From NCBI GenBank assembly GCA_963812155.1, contig CAWETW010000002.1:432681-496680 (forward strand): a stretch of 64,000 bases of DNA, read 5' to 3'. This document shows, piece after piece, positions 1-10,229 of the stretch (its first letter is position 1; each line of letters begins with the position of its first letter). The notes below the pieces were generated by a model. The model was not told where the DNA came from and made no database searches. It worked only from the letters and a program-made list of their open reading frames with translations. A program made the position numbers and the translations under genes. This stretch comes from Vulcanimicrobiota bacterium (lineage in GTDB: Bacteria > Vulcanimicrobiota > Vulcanimicrobiia > Vulcanimicrobiales > Vulcanimicrobiaceae).

Positions 1-381
1 CGCAAGAACCGCGAACTCGTGTTGAGCCTAGCCAACTACGAGACGAAAAAATCATACGACCAGAGCAAACTCGCGATGATGCTGCAGTACGCGGAGACGA
101 CCTCGTGCCGCCGGCGATTCATTCTCAACTATTTCGGCGAAGACTTCGACCGTTCGAACTGCGGTGCGTGCGACAACTGCCTGCGAGCGGCCGTTGGGAG
201 GGTCGACGAGGGAGCGGCCACCGGAGGGTTCAAAATCTCCGACGTGGTGCAGCACCCCAAGTTCGGCATGGGAACGGTGGAACGCGCGGAGCGGGATTTG
301 GTGACGGTGCTCTTTCCGAGCTGCGGCTACAAGACGCTGCTGGCATCGGCCGTCCACCGCTCCGGCAAAATTGCTTCCTAG
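1..381 (+). CDS. RecQ-family helicase, C-terminal part (truncated by window edge)
   Basis: CRRRFILNYFGE...CGACDNC matches the RecQ zinc-binding region. Confidence 0.8.
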   Translation, partial: RKNRELVLSLANYETKKSYDQSKLAMMLQYAETTSCRRRFILNYFGEDFDRSNCGACDNCLRAAVGRVDEGAATGGFKISDVVQHPKFGMGTVERAERDLVTVLFPSCGYKTLLASAVHRSGKIAS

Positions 382-2020
382 CGAGACCGTCTCTCGCTCC
401 TTCGCGGCGCTGACGCTGCTGGCGGCGTGCCTGACGGCTCCCGCCCCGGCGCAGACGCCCGCGTCTCCTACGCCCTCGCCGGCCGCGGCCCCGTCTCCCG
501 GCGCATCGACGTCACCGGCCGCCTCGACCTCTCCCTCCCTTCCCGGAACGGCGTCGCCGACGCCGCCGCCGATTACGGTCGAGCCGGCGAGCGCGACGGT
601 TCCGGTGGGTGGTTCGGCCCGCGTCGTGGTCGGGTCGGCAATCGCGCCGATTACCGTCGTCGCGCGCGACCCCGCGGTCGTCGAGGCGGCGGTCGATCAA
701 TCGTCGTCGGCGATTGCGCTCTCGGGAAAGAAGCCGGGAACGACCGTCGTCACGGTCTCCGACGCGCGCGGCCTCACGCGCGACGTCCAGGTGCGCGTCG
801 CATACTATGCCGGAAGCACGGCCGCACAGACGACGCTCTCGATCACCGGCGATCCCGCATCGGCCGATTTCGTCCGCCAAGAGGTCGTGGCCGCGGTCGT
901 TCGCGCGACCCAAGCGCGTCCGGGCGCACAGGTCGTCGTCTCCGCCGACGACGTCCGGTTCGCGGGCACGCTCGCGCAGGATCGCGTCGCCGCCGTCAAC
1001 GTTCCGGTGCTCGTTCAAGGAACGGATTACATCGAAGTCGATGCGACGACGCGCGTCGACGTCCGCAACGTCGCCGCACCGCGCATTTCGCCCGGTTCCC
1101 TCATGGTGAGCGACTATCCCGAACGGCTCGAGGAAAACGGAACGCTCTTCACCGCGGATCTGCGCAGCGAACAGCCTTCGCGCTTTCTCTATTTTCATTA
1201 CAATCCGCCGGGTCAGCCGACGCGGCGCGTCGTTCTGCGCGTCGACAACACGTCGCCCGAGCCGGCAAACGTGCAGTTCATCAGCGGACTCGGCGGTCCG
1301 ACTGCCAACGAAATGGAGGCGGGACACACGGCGACGCGCGCCTTCTTGATCAACGTCGTGCAGAATCAGGGACGGCTGATCACGATTCCCGGAAACTCGT
1401 CGCTGAACATCTCCCAACAGAGTCTCCCGCCGGGGACGATCGTATGCAACCTGCTGCAGCTGCGCGCCCTCTCGGGAAACGGCAGCGTACATTTGACGCT
1501 GACGTCGCAGCCCGCCGAGGGCGATGTCGCCGTCGCAGCCGGCGGAGCGCTGTTGGAAGCCGAGCACAAGCACGCGCGCGGCATCTATCCGATCCCGGAG
1601 TTTTACTACGCGGCGCAGTGGAACGTCAACGACGACTACCTCGAGGTTCCCATCGGTCAGATTCCGCTGCCCAACGATCTCCAAGGCCAAGCATTGGCGG
1701 GAGATTACGGCGTGCTGCAGTCGTTCGTGGTCACTTTACACAATCCAGGCTCGACGCCGCAGGCGGTCGCCATCTACGAAAACCCGCGCGGCGGACGCGC
1801 GACCGGAACCTACATCATCGACGGCGTCCTCGTGCAGTCGCATCAGGTCACCGCGTTTTCACGCTACAAGATTCGGCAGTACCTCATCCCGGCGCGCGGA
1901 TTCGTGCGCGTCACGATCGTGACGATGCCCGAGGCCGGCTCGAGCTACCCGCTGCGGTTGATCTTCGCACCGGACGACGGCAGCGTCGCGCCGGGAGCGC
2001 CCGGTTCGCCGGTGTATTAG
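371..2020 (+). CDS. Secreted protein with Pro/Ser/Thr linker and Ig-like (pilus-assembly N-terminal-like) domain
   Basis: Hydrophobic signal peptide, PAST-rich linker, GKKPGTTVVTV motif; function uncertain. Confidence 0.6.
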   Translation: MLPSETVSRSFAALTLLAACLTAPAPAQTPASPTPSPAAAPSPGASTSPAASTSPSLPGTASPTPPPITVEPASATVPVGGSARVVVGSAIAPITVVARDPAVVEAAVDQSSSAIALSGKKPGTTVVTVSDARGLTRDVQVRVAYYAGSTAAQTTLSITGDPASADFVRQEVVAAVVRATQARPGAQVVVSADDVRFAGTLAQDRVAAVNVPVLVQGTDYIEVDATTRVDVRNVAAPRISPGSLMVSDYPERLEENGTLFTADLRSEQPSRFLYFHYNPPGQPTRRVVLRVDNTSPEPANVQFISGLGGPTANEMEAGHTATRAFLINVVQNQGRLITIPGNSSLNISQQSLPPGTIVCNLLQLRALSGNGSVHLTLTSQPAEGDVAVAAGGALLEAEHKHARGIYPIPEFYYAAQWNVNDDYLEVPIGQIPLPNDLQGQALAGDYGVLQSFVVTLHNPGSTPQAVAIYENPRGGRATGTYIIDGVLVQSHQVTAFSRYKIRQYLIPARGFVRVTIVTMPEAGSSYPLRLIFAPDDGSVAPGAPGSPVY

Positions 2021-2026
2021 GGTTCC

Positions 2027-3058
2027 CTAGCCCACGCTTCCGACGCTCGCATAGAGTCCGCGCATGGCGCGCGCACTGGCCGGCCACGAGAGCCGATCGA
2101 TAGCGGCGGCCCGCACCGACGTTGCGCGCGCGTCGTCGTCTCCGCGCATCGCGCGCCGCAACGCGTGCGCCCATTGCGATTCATTTTCCACCGGGACGAC
2201 CGGGGCGTCGCTCCCGACGACTTCCGGCAACGCGCCGCGATCGGAAACGATGCACGGCGTACCGGCGCAGAGCGCTTGAGCGGCGGCATAGCCGAATCCC
2301 TCGTAGTGCGAGGGCACGGCGACGACCGCGCAGCTCGCGTAGAGATCGAGCAGTTCCCGGCGCTCGACGTATCCGCGAAACTCGACGCGATCCGCCACGC
2401 CGAGCCGGCGCGCGATCACCGCGCACTCGTTGCGATACGGCGTGGGCGGACCAACCGAAAGGATACGCGCGCCGGGAAGTTCGGGAAGCAGCCGCACGAG
2501 CGCGTCGAGGTTTTTACGCCGTTCGACAGTTCCGACGATGAGAATCGTGCGTCCGTCTCCGGCGCGCCGCTCCAGCGTGCAGAAATCGTCGGCGACGCCC
2601 GGATACACCACGTGCACGCGCGCCGGGTCGTAGTCGCCGAGCACTCGCAGCAGCTCCCCTCGCGAGAACTCCGAGTCGACCGCGATGCGTGCGACCGTGC
2701 GGTAGCGGTCGAGAGAAAAGCGTCCGAAGTAGTAGCGCGCGTACGCGGGCGCGTGCGCCTGCACGCACAGCCACGCCACGTCGTGTACGGTTGCGACGAC
2801 CGGTAACGGCGATGCGAACGGCACCGTGCCGGAGGCGCAGTGCAGCACGGCCGCGTGCGCACGCGCGGCGCGGCGCGGCAACAGCACCTGATCCCACCAG
2901 ATTCGCCGGTCGAAGCGCCACGGATCGAGCGACGGCTCGCAGAGTTTGACGAGTTCGATCTCGGGATCGTCGCGCAGTGCATCAGCCAACCCGCGAACGT
3001 ATTCGCCGATGCCGGTCGCGGTGCCGATGGCGAGTTGCGCGTCGAGCGCGACCCTCAA
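2027..3058 (-). CDS. Glycosyltransferase family 4
   Basis: TGIGEY, TVHD, RKNL, PSHYEGFG motifs; TTG start overlaps upstream stop. Confidence 0.9.
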   Translation of the reverse strand: MRVALDAQLAIGTATGIGEYVRGLADALRDDPEIELVKLCEPSLDPWRFDRRIWWDQVLLPRRAARAHAAVLHCASGTVPFASPLPVVATVHDVAWLCVQAHAPAYARYYFGRFSLDRYRTVARIAVDSEFSRGELLRVLGDYDPARVHVVYPGVADDFCTLERRAGDGRTILIVGTVERRKNLDALVRLLPELPGARILSVGPPTPYRNECAVIARRLGVADRVEFRGYVERRELLDLYASCAVVAVPSHYEGFGYAAAQALCAGTPCIVSDRGALPEVVGSDAPVVPVENESQWAHALRRAMRGDDDARATSVRAAAIDRLSWPASARAMRGLYASVGSVG

Positions 3059-3906
3059 CGCAGTTCGCGCTCCAGCGCCCGCACCATCAACGCACGCGCG
3101 TCGATCCGGCGCGCGCGCTCGAGATACCGGCGGGCTGCGGGCGCGTCGCCACGCCGGTGCGCGACGACGCCCAAGCCGGCGACTGCGTCGGCGCTCGCCG
3201 GATCGGCGGCGGCCGCACGCGCGAACAGCGACGACGCGTCGTCGAGATCGCCGAGCAGCACGGCTTGATTGGCGGCTACGATCGCATACTTCTCGGAAAG
3301 CGGCGCGAGGTCGGTCGCGATCCGCATGTCGCGCATCCCGCGGCGCAGCCACGCCATCTGCGCGGGGCTTCCGGACACTTCGCGCCAGGCTTGCCGGTTC
3401 GCGAGGTCGCCCATGCGCCAGGCCGTTTGAGCGATCGCGTCGGGATGCGTCGTCGTCAGCGACAGCCGCAGGTCGAGCGTCCGTTCCAGCGCATACGCCT
3501 TCGCGGGGCTGGCCGGCTCCAACGCTCGCACCGCCAACTGTACCGCATCGACGTCGGGAGCGGCGATAAAATACTCGAGCGCGAGATCGCGGTCGCCTTG
3601 CGCCATCGCAAGGCGTGCCAGCAGTTCGTCGCGCGAAGCCGACGGCGGCAGCCGCAGCGCGTAGTGCAGCGCCTCGCCGTTTCGCCGCGCAGAGAGCGCG
3701 TAGGCGGCCAATGTCGCTTCGACGTAGGGTGCGGGGGCGAGGCGATCGAGCGCGCGATAGACGGCGGCGCCGAATGCGACGGGAACGTGCGACGGCAGCG
3801 TGCCGCGCGCCGCCGCCGGGGCGGCAAACGCGTCCGATGCCAACTGAATCGCGCCGAATGCCGTCAACACCGAAACGGCGGCCGCGATGACGAAGACGCG
3901 AGTCAG
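3055..3906 (-). CDS. TPR-like helical repeat protein with N-terminal hydrophobic segment
   Basis: C-terminal TPR-like pattern (A..LF..A...DP....A..GLG); start uncertain, possibly CTG overlapping upstream stop. Confidence 0.6.
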   Translation of the reverse strand: MTRVFVIAAAVSVLTAFGAIQLASDAFAAPAAARGTLPSHVPVAFGAAVYRALDRLAPAPYVEATLAAYALSARRNGEALHYALRLPPSASRDELLARLAMAQGDRDLALEYFIAAPDVDAVQLAVRALEPASPAKAYALERTLDLRLSLTTTHPDAIAQTAWRMGDLANRQAWREVSGSPAQMAWLRRGMRDMRIATDLAPLSEKYAIVAANQAVLLGDLDDASSLFARAAAADPASADAVAGLGVVAHRRGDAPAARRYLERARRIDARALMVRALERELR

Positions 3907-5096
3907 AATTTGACGGTGAAGTTCACGTCTTCGCGGGTCTCCGTGGTCGTGTTGACCGGAATGAGACTGTCGAGATAGCGCAGCTGGCGTGCGGAGACCG
4001 ACAGCGTGCTCGACGAGTTTGGAATCTGGAAGGTGAGCTTCCCGCCGTACGAGTTGTCGATCGCATCGAGGTTGCTCAGGCCCGGTAGGCCGTATCCGCC
4101 GAACAGCCGGTCGGCGGCGTAATCGAGATTGAGCGTCAATCCGCTTAGGACTGGGACGGCAACGCCGGCGCCGAGCGAGACTTTGCTCATGTTGGCGTAG
4201 TTCGGCACGGCCAGCGGCACGCCGGCGCCCGGCAGCTGCCACGAGGATGCGTCTCCCAGCGTGGCCGGCGTAAGCCCGCTGGAATCGCTGCGCGTCAATC
4301 GCTCGTAATCGCTCGAAAGCCCGAACGTCAGCGTGCGCGCCCCGGCACGCACGTCGAGATTCGCGCCGGCTGCCGCGCCGTCGTCGTTCAAACCGACCGA
4401 GGGTGCGGCCATCGACGCGCTTTCCAATCGCGTCGTAAACTTCAGCGGCCCCAAGCGCACCGAGGACGGCACAGCTTGCACCGAACCGGCGGATCCGGCG
4501 ATCGTTCCGCTCTCGCCGAACGCAAGCGCCGAGCTCGCCGCAACCGTAGGCGCCGTGCCGTGCACGAGTCCGCCGAGCGAGAACGCGCCGGATTGCGGCG
4601 ATACGAGCGTAACCCGCGCGACCGGCTGGTACTGGCCGGCGGTGAACGTGGTCGCCGAAATGCGTGCGGCGTCGTCGCGCGCCGATGCGTCGTCGTCGCT
4701 TTGAGGCGTGACCGCGAAACGAAGATTCGAGCGCAGCAGGGGCGCACCGACGGATTGCGCGAGATCGAACGCGGCGCCGTCGGATGCAACGAATCGCGCG
4801 TTGCGCGACGATGCGAACGTCGGCGACGATCCCGGACGGCGCTCGAACGTCGCCGAACGCAAAGCCGGCGCGGTTCCCAAAGCGAGATCGCGCAACGGAG
4901 ACTCGCTGATGCGATCGCCGTACGCGGCGGCAAGCGCAGCACTGGCGTCGGCCGACTCGCCGAAGATGCGCATCATGACTTGCGCGGGGAGATCGAACGA
5001 CGCGGTGCCCGCAACGTGCGGCGACGCCGAGGCAATGCGAGGTACGAGCGCTACTGCGAGCGCCGCCGAGGCGATCAAGCCGGCCAGCCTACGCAC
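3903..5096 (-). CDS. Putative outer-membrane beta-barrel protein
   Basis: GGAGGAGG RBS, signal peptide, alternating beta-strand pattern in C-terminal half, terminal VNFTVKF. Confidence 0.55.
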   Translation of the reverse strand: MRRLAGLIASAALAVALVPRIASASPHVAGTASFDLPAQVMMRIFGESADASAALAAAYGDRISESPLRDLALGTAPALRSATFERRPGSSPTFASSRNARFVASDGAAFDLAQSVGAPLLRSNLRFAVTPQSDDDASARDDAARISATTFTAGQYQPVARVTLVSPQSGAFSLGGLVHGTAPTVAASSALAFGESGTIAGSAGSVQAVPSSVRLGPLKFTTRLESASMAAPSVGLNDDGAAAGANLDVRAGARTLTFGLSSDYERLTRSDSSGLTPATLGDASSWQLPGAGVPLAVPNYANMSKVSLGAGVAVPVLSGLTLNLDYAADRLFGGYGLPGLSNLDAIDNSYGGKLTFQIPNSSSTLSVSARQLRYLDSLIPVNTTTETREDVNFTVKF

Positions 5097-5189
5097 GTCC
5101 TCCTCCACTACGGTTGAAAGACACCCTTCCCGTAAACGATGCAAGGGCTCCCGCCGTTACATCGCTCGGACGTTCCATCTTGGAGGCCT

Positions 5190-5594
5190 CTAGGCGCGGT
5201 CCCTGGCGATAAATCGCCGAGCTATCAAAATAGCCGCATAGTCGTCGACCGGCACGGGCGGCATCTGCAAGCCGGCCGGAACCAGACGGCGCCACCCCCG
5301 GGGCGGGTGTTCCCGGAAATAGAGTTCGCGGGCCCTGCGCGAGGTCTCGAACTCGTCGACCAGGTGGATCGGGACGCCCAAGACGAGCAGCCGTTCCCGC
5401 AGCCCGGCGGCGCTGGTCCCGCGCCCGAGGGCGAGCGCCTCGACGCCGCCGGAAGCAACGAGTGCGGCCAGGCGTTCGACCAGATTCCCGGCGGGGACGA
5501 CGCCCGATTCAATGACGGCGCCCGCCGGGTCGAGCAGGGCGAAGCCGGCCTTGTCCCGGCCAGGATCCACCCCTAGGACCGTCCCGGTGCTCAT
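5190..5594 (-). CDS. YqgF/RuvX-like RNase H-fold nuclease
   Basis: LGVDPGRDKAG, VDEFETS and VDDYAA motifs. Confidence 0.8.
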   Translation of the reverse strand: MSTGTVLGVDPGRDKAGFALLDPAGAVIESGVVPAGNLVERLAALVASGGVEALALGRGTSAAGLRERLLVLGVPIHLVDEFETSRRARELYFREHPPRGWRRLVPAGLQMPPVPVDDYAAILIARRFIARDRA

Positions 5595-6535
5595 TTACGC
5601 TGCGGCGTAAGCACGATGACGATCGGGACGCCGCCGATGTGAGGATAGAAGTCCTGCGCTGCAAACGCCGTCAGCACGTAGGTGCCGCGCTTGTCTATCC
5701 GCTGCTGCATTTGGGTGGCATCGGGGATCAGTTGGAGCGCCTGCACGTTGTCGGCGAGAAACGGCGGCAGCCCCAGGCGCTTGGCCGAGATCGAAACGTA
5801 GTTCTGAACCTGCCCGAGTGCAATGTACGCACTGGCCCCGCTCGCGCCCGGAACTGTCAGTTGCGCGATGACCTGACCTTTTTGGAAGTATCGCTTGTCG
5901 TCGGTCCCGTTGACCTCGAAGTGGATCTCGTCGTTCTGGTAGAGATTTTGATCCGACGTGACCGTCAGCATCACGTTTGCTTGAGTCGTTTTCGCAAGAT
6001 TCGTTAGCGTGTCGGAAAGCGTCGCGAGCCGCTTGTCGGCGTCGGGCGGAATGGCGTACGGCTTAAGGCCGAGAAGCGGATAGTTCGCGTTCACGAACTT
6101 TACGGCGTCGTAGTAGAACGACCGAATCGTCCCCAGGCGCTGGGCTCGCGACGCGTCTCGATCGACGATTCGATAAAATGGAACCATGAGCGCGTCGACT
6201 TGGACGACGAGCTTGCCTGTGTTGACTTTCTTTTCGAGATCCCGCTCGCGATGCGTGAGTTCGGAGATCTGCTGGTTGAGCGAGTTGAGTTTGAAGAACG
6301 CCGTTTTTACCTGTTCCGAAGCGAAGATCGCGACCAGCGTTACGACCAGCGCGATGATCATGCCGGTCGCGATTGCAACGATGGTGGACGTGTAGCGCGG
6401 GCGGATGCCGAAGAGCGTAAGCCGCTGGCGCCCGACCCGGTGGCCGACGCGGTCGCCCACGTAGGCGACTGCGCCCGAAATCAGCATCACGAACAGCACG
6501 TTGCCCACGCCGCGTATGAATTCGACGAAGTTCAC
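5591..6535 (-). CDS. DUF3084-like membrane protein
   Basis: GAVAYVGDRVGHRVGRQRLTLFGIRPRYTS motif followed by coiled coil. Confidence 0.8.
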   Translation of the reverse strand: MNFVEFIRGVGNVLFVMLISGAVAYVGDRVGHRVGRQRLTLFGIRPRYTSTIVAIATGMIIALVVTLVAIFASEQVKTAFFKLNSLNQQISELTHRERDLEKKVNTGKLVVQVDALMVPFYRIVDRDASRAQRLGTIRSFYYDAVKFVNANYPLLGLKPYAIPPDADKRLATLSDTLTNLAKTTQANVMLTVTSDQNLYQNDEIHFEVNGTDDKRYFQKGQVIAQLTVPGASGASAYIALGQVQNYVSISAKRLGLPPFLADNVQALQLIPDATQMQQRIDKRGTYVLTAFAAQDFYPHIGGVPIVIVLTPQRK

Positions 6536-6554
6536 CCCGCGCTACGCTCCGTCA

Positions 6555-7664
6555 CTAGACCAGCGCCGCCCGGCGCAGCCGGGCGAGCCCGATTGCGGTG
6601 AACAGCAGGTTCGGCATCCACGCCCAGAGCCACGCGATTGCCAGAAAGGCTTCGCCGAAGAACGAGCACACCGTCATGACGATATAGTAGACGAAGACGA
6701 TTGCCAGCGACAATCCGAACCCCAAGCTCGCGCTGCTGCCGCCGCTGCGTATCGTGCGCAGCCCGAAGGGAACCGCGATCAGAATGAACACGAAGCAGGC
6801 AAACGGTCGCGCGAGCTTTTCCTGATAGGTGGTGACGTACTTTCGCAGCTCGCTCTCCGTCAGTTGTCCCGTTCGGACGATCCCGGCGATTTGAGCGCGG
6901 CTCATGTTGTCGGGATCGTCGTTCTTGATGCGCTTGACGAGGTCGGTTGGATTTTGGCCGATTTCGACCTGCTGTTGCGGTATCGGCGGCTCGGCCAGCA
7001 CCGAACCGTCGGGATTGAAGCGGTAGAGGCTGGAATCTTGCAGCAGCCACTTGTCGGCCGTGAACTCGGCCCGGTCGGCGAAGACGATTTGGCGCGGCCG
7101 GTTGCGACTGTCGTATTGAATCAGCGTGACGTGCAGCAGCGCCTCTGAATTCGGTTCGTAGGCGGTGGCGACGGTGACTTGGCGCCCGCCGCCCGGTAGC
7201 GGCGCCGTCACGGTCAGGTCACGCCCGTACGCGCTGGTGTGATTGATGACCGAACTTTCGATCTCGACGAGCTGGTCGTTGGCGTACGGAACGAGTGCTT
7301 CTTGCAAAAAAAGCGTTACGAACGACATCACGATGCCGACGGCCAGCAGCGGCATCACGATTCGGCCGAACGTCACGCCCGCCGCTTTCATCGCCGTCAG
7401 TTCGCTGTCGCTCGAAAGCCGCTGGATCGCCAGCAGGGTGCCGAGCAGCAATGCCATCGGGATCACCAGCACGATGTAGGCCGGCAACGACCACGCAAAC
7501 ACGAGCACTGCCGCCCACAGCGGTGCGTGCTCGCTGCTGACGAGTTTTCCGACGTTGAGGATTTCCGTCGCCGCGAAGATCAGCGTAAACGCGCCCAAGC
7601 CGAAACCGAACGGTCCCGCCAACTCGGTCAGCATGTAACGGTCGAGGATGGTGAACTTTAGCAA
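6555..7664 (-). CDS. LPS export permease LptF/LptG family
   Basis: ILDRY start, RLSSDSELTAMKAAG, multiple TM helices, AWMPNLLF. Confidence 0.9.
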   Translation of the reverse strand: MLKFTILDRYMLTELAGPFGFGLGAFTLIFAATEILNVGKLVSSEHAPLWAAVLVFAWSLPAYIVLVIPMALLLGTLLAIQRLSSDSELTAMKAAGVTFGRIVMPLLAVGIVMSFVTLFLQEALVPYANDQLVEIESSVINHTSAYGRDLTVTAPLPGGGRQVTVATAYEPNSEALLHVTLIQYDSRNRPRQIVFADRAEFTADKWLLQDSSLYRFNPDGSVLAEPPIPQQQVEIGQNPTDLVKRIKNDDPDNMSRAQIAGIVRTGQLTESELRKYVTTYQEKLARPFACFVFILIAVPFGLRTIRSGGSSASLGFGLSLAIVFVYYIVMTVCSFFGEAFLAIAWLWAWMPNLLFTAIGLARLRRAALV

Positions 7665-7714
7665 GCGCCAAAGCGCCTTTTAAACACCCAACTACGCCGG
7701 CCACTCACTCCCTG

Positions 7715-8461
7715 TTAAAGCCTAAAGCCTTCGCCGAGATAGAACGTCCTCGCAATCGGAGAATCGAGCACTTCTTGCGCTGTGCCCGAGACTTCGATGC
7801 GCCCGTTATTCATGATGTAGGCGCGATCGACGATGGCGAGCGTCTCGCGAACTTGATGGTCGGTGATGAGAATGCCTAAGCCGCGGTCGCGCAGTTGGCG
7901 GATCATCGTTTGGATATCGGCGACGGCGATCGGGTCGATGCCCGTAAAGGGCTCGTCGAGCAAAAGAAACGCCGGTTCGATCGCCAGGGCGCGCGCGATC
8001 TCGACGCGCCGGCGCTCGCCGCCGGAAAGACTGTCGCCGCGAGCGTCGACGAAGGCCCGCAGTCCGAACTCCTCGAGCAATGCGGGCAATCGCCGCTCGC
8101 GCTCGTCGTGCGGTATGCCGTTCTGCTCCCAGATGAGCCGGATGTTGTCGCCGACGGAGAGTTTGCGAAAGATCGAGTTCTCCTGTGAGAGATACCCGAC
8201 GCCGTTGCGGGCGCGCGCGTACATCGGCGCCGACGTGAGGTCGATCTTCTTGGACTCCATGTCGAGCAGCACGGTGCCGCCGTCGGGCTTCACCAAGCCC
8301 ACGACCATGTAAAACGTGGTCGTCTTTCCGGCGCCGTTCGGACCGAGCAGCCCGACGACTTCGCCGGTGCCGACTTCCGCCGAAACGCCGTTGACGACGG
8401 TGCGCTCGCCGTAGCGTTTGACCAGCCCGCGCAGTTTAATCGACGATTCTTGACCGTTCAT
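7715..8461 (-). CDS. lptB: LPS export ABC ATPase
   Basis: [38 protein letters not shown]. Confidence 0.95.
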   Translation of the reverse strand: MNGQESSIKLRGLVKRYGERTVVNGVSAEVGTGEVVGLLGPNGAGKTTTFYMVVGLVKPDGGTVLLDMESKKIDLTSAPMYARARNGVGYLSQENSIFRKLSVGDNIRLIWEQNGIPHDERERRLPALLEEFGLRAFVDARGDSLSGGERRRVEIARALAIEPAFLLLDEPFTGIDPIAVADIQTMIRQLRDRGLGILITDHQVRETLAIVDRAYIMNNGRIEVSGTAQEVLDSPIARTFYLGEGFRL

Positions 8462-9015
8462 TGCATTCGCATGTGGGTGAGTGAGATGTCGGATTCAAAG
8501 CTCGAGCCGGTGCCGCGAAAACCCTTGGGATCCACGATGACGACGTTGCCGTTGCCGCGCAGCGCTTGCCCGGTGCGATCGTAGACGAGCCGGTCGCAAT
8601 CGAGCTGCATGCCGGTGCTCGTCTGCGCGTGAACCGGTTTCAGCAGCGTGATCGTATTGGCATCCTCGTCGAGAAGCGCTTGCGGCGCTACGGCGGTCAT
8701 CGTTCTCCCGTTGCGATCGTGGAAAGTGACGTGAGCATCTTGGAAAACCGCTCGCGCCTTGCCCTGCGGGCCTTTGCTCTCGTAGGATTTTGCGATCAAT
8801 TCATACTCGATGCGGTTTTGGACTTGCTGAATGATGCGTACGGGCCGGTGCGCGCTGCCCTGACCGGTGATGTGGAGAGACGGCGCGGCGGCACTGCGCG
8901 GCGGATTCGCGCGTGCCGAAGGGGCCGGCCTGCTGGCGGGAGCTTGAGGGTTGCACGCGCAGAGCAAGAGGACGGCCGCGAACCGGCCGGCCCGGCGAAG
9001 TTCGACGGCGTTCAC
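8458..9015 (-). CDS. lptC: LptC-like periplasmic jellyroll protein
   Basis: Directly upstream of lptB; lipoprotein-like N-terminus; beta-rich LptC-like C-terminus. Confidence 0.7.
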   Translation of the reverse strand: MNAVELRRAGRFAAVLLLCACNPQAPASRPAPSARANPPRSAAAPSLHITGQGSAHRPVRIIQQVQNRIEYELIAKSYESKGPQGKARAVFQDAHVTFHDRNGRTMTAVAPQALLDEDANTITLLKPVHAQTSTGMQLDCDRLVYDRTGQALRGNGNVVIVDPKGFRGTGSSFESDISLTHMRMQ

Positions 9016-10229
9016 CGTTGCCGATCGCCCGGCGGCTCCTTCGGACCGGCCGCGGCCAGCGCCAAGCCCATCGCCGGCAGCCAGAGTCCGAAGATGGCGA
9101 TGCTCATCGTATCGATCAGCCCTTGTACGGCAATGCCGGCGAGTCCCGCCGTAACCGCGAGCGCAAGCACCGGCGACGCGGGCCCGCGCGACATCCGAGC
9201 GCGCAGTTCCGCCGCAAACCTCCACGCGAGCCAAGCGAACGCAGCCAACAGCAGTACGCCGCCTTCGGCGAAGAACGTAAGGTAGATGCTATGCGCGTGA
9301 AATGCGGTCGCGTCGGCATCCGGAACGTGCACGAGCGCGTAGAGCAACGGAAAGTCGAACGGTCCCACCCCGGTGAGCGGAAAGCGGTCGATGATTTGCA
9401 ATGCAGCCTGCCAAATCGAGAGCCGCGTGTAGTCTTCGCTGGGATCGTGGTGGCTGTTAAAGAGCAGCAGCACGGCGAGCGCGCCTGCGGCAATCGCGAG
9501 CAGCGCGACGATGCGGCCGTGCCTGTTTTCACGCGAGCCCACCGCGACCAGAAACGCGGCCGCCGCCGCTGCGCCCATCCATCCGGCACGCGAAAACGTC
9601 AGCACCAGCGCAACCGCGCCGACACCCATTGCCGCCCATCCGAGCACGCGCAGCGCTCTCGGCGCAGCTTCGCGCGTGGCCGCGTAGGCGATCGGCAACA
9701 TGACGATCAGATATGCCGCGAGCTCGCCGGGCAACACGAACGTACCGGTGGCGCGCCCGTGTTGCAACGCGTAGAGCGACGCCGGGGTGCGCGTCACGAC
9801 CATCGCAATCGCCGCCGCCGCCGCGAGCGTCCCGGTCGAGAGGTACGCCCAGAAAATCGCGTCGGCGACGCGCGCTGCCCGATAGAAACGCAGCAGGGAA
9901 CAGTGCCACAAAATACTCGTTCCGAAAATCCCGACGAACAGAAGACCGCGCAGCGGATCGAAGCCGGCCAGCGCGGCGAGCGTGGCCGCACCGAATCCCG
10001 CAAGCATCGGCAACAGCAATGGCTGCGAGCGAGGCACGCGATATATGACGAGCAGCGCGCTCGAATAGACGACCAGCGCGCCAACGAGCGCCAGCACGGC
10101 GAGCGCGAAGGGCCTGGGCACCACCGAAACGCCCGGATACGTGACGCTCGTCAGCACGATGAATGCCGGGTACAGCGGCAGCGCTGCGTAGACGGCCGCA
10201 AATCCCAGCGGAAGCGCGCGTTTCAGCAT
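9012..10229 (-). CDS. O-antigen ligase family membrane protein
   Basis: LTFSRAGW, RLSIW, PLTGVG, HAHSIYL motifs; many TM segments. Confidence 0.85.
   Translation of the reverse strand: MLKRALPLGFAAVYAALPLYPAFIVLTSVTYPGVSVVPRPFALAVLALVGALVVYSSALLVIYRVPRSQPLLLPMLAGFGAATLAALAGFDPLRGLLFVGIFGTSILWHCSLLRFYRAARVADAIFWAYLSTGTLAAAAAIAMVVTRTPASLYALQHGRATGTFVLPGELAAYLIVMLPIAYAATREAAPRALRVLGWAAMGVGAVALVLTFSRAGWMGAAAAAAFLVAVGSRENRHGRIVALLAIAAGALAVLLLFNSHHDPSEDYTRLSIWQAALQIIDRFPLTGVGPFDFPLLYALVHVPDADATAFHAHSIYLTFFAEGGVLLLAAFAWLAWRFAAELRARMSRGPASPVLALAVTAGLAGIAVQGLIDTMSIAIFGLWLPAMGLALAAAGPKEPPGDRQR

Noticed and set aside
440..570. Repetitive C-rich sequence
   Set aside because: Encodes a Pro/Ser/Thr/Ala linker, not a CRISPR array or DNA repeat element.
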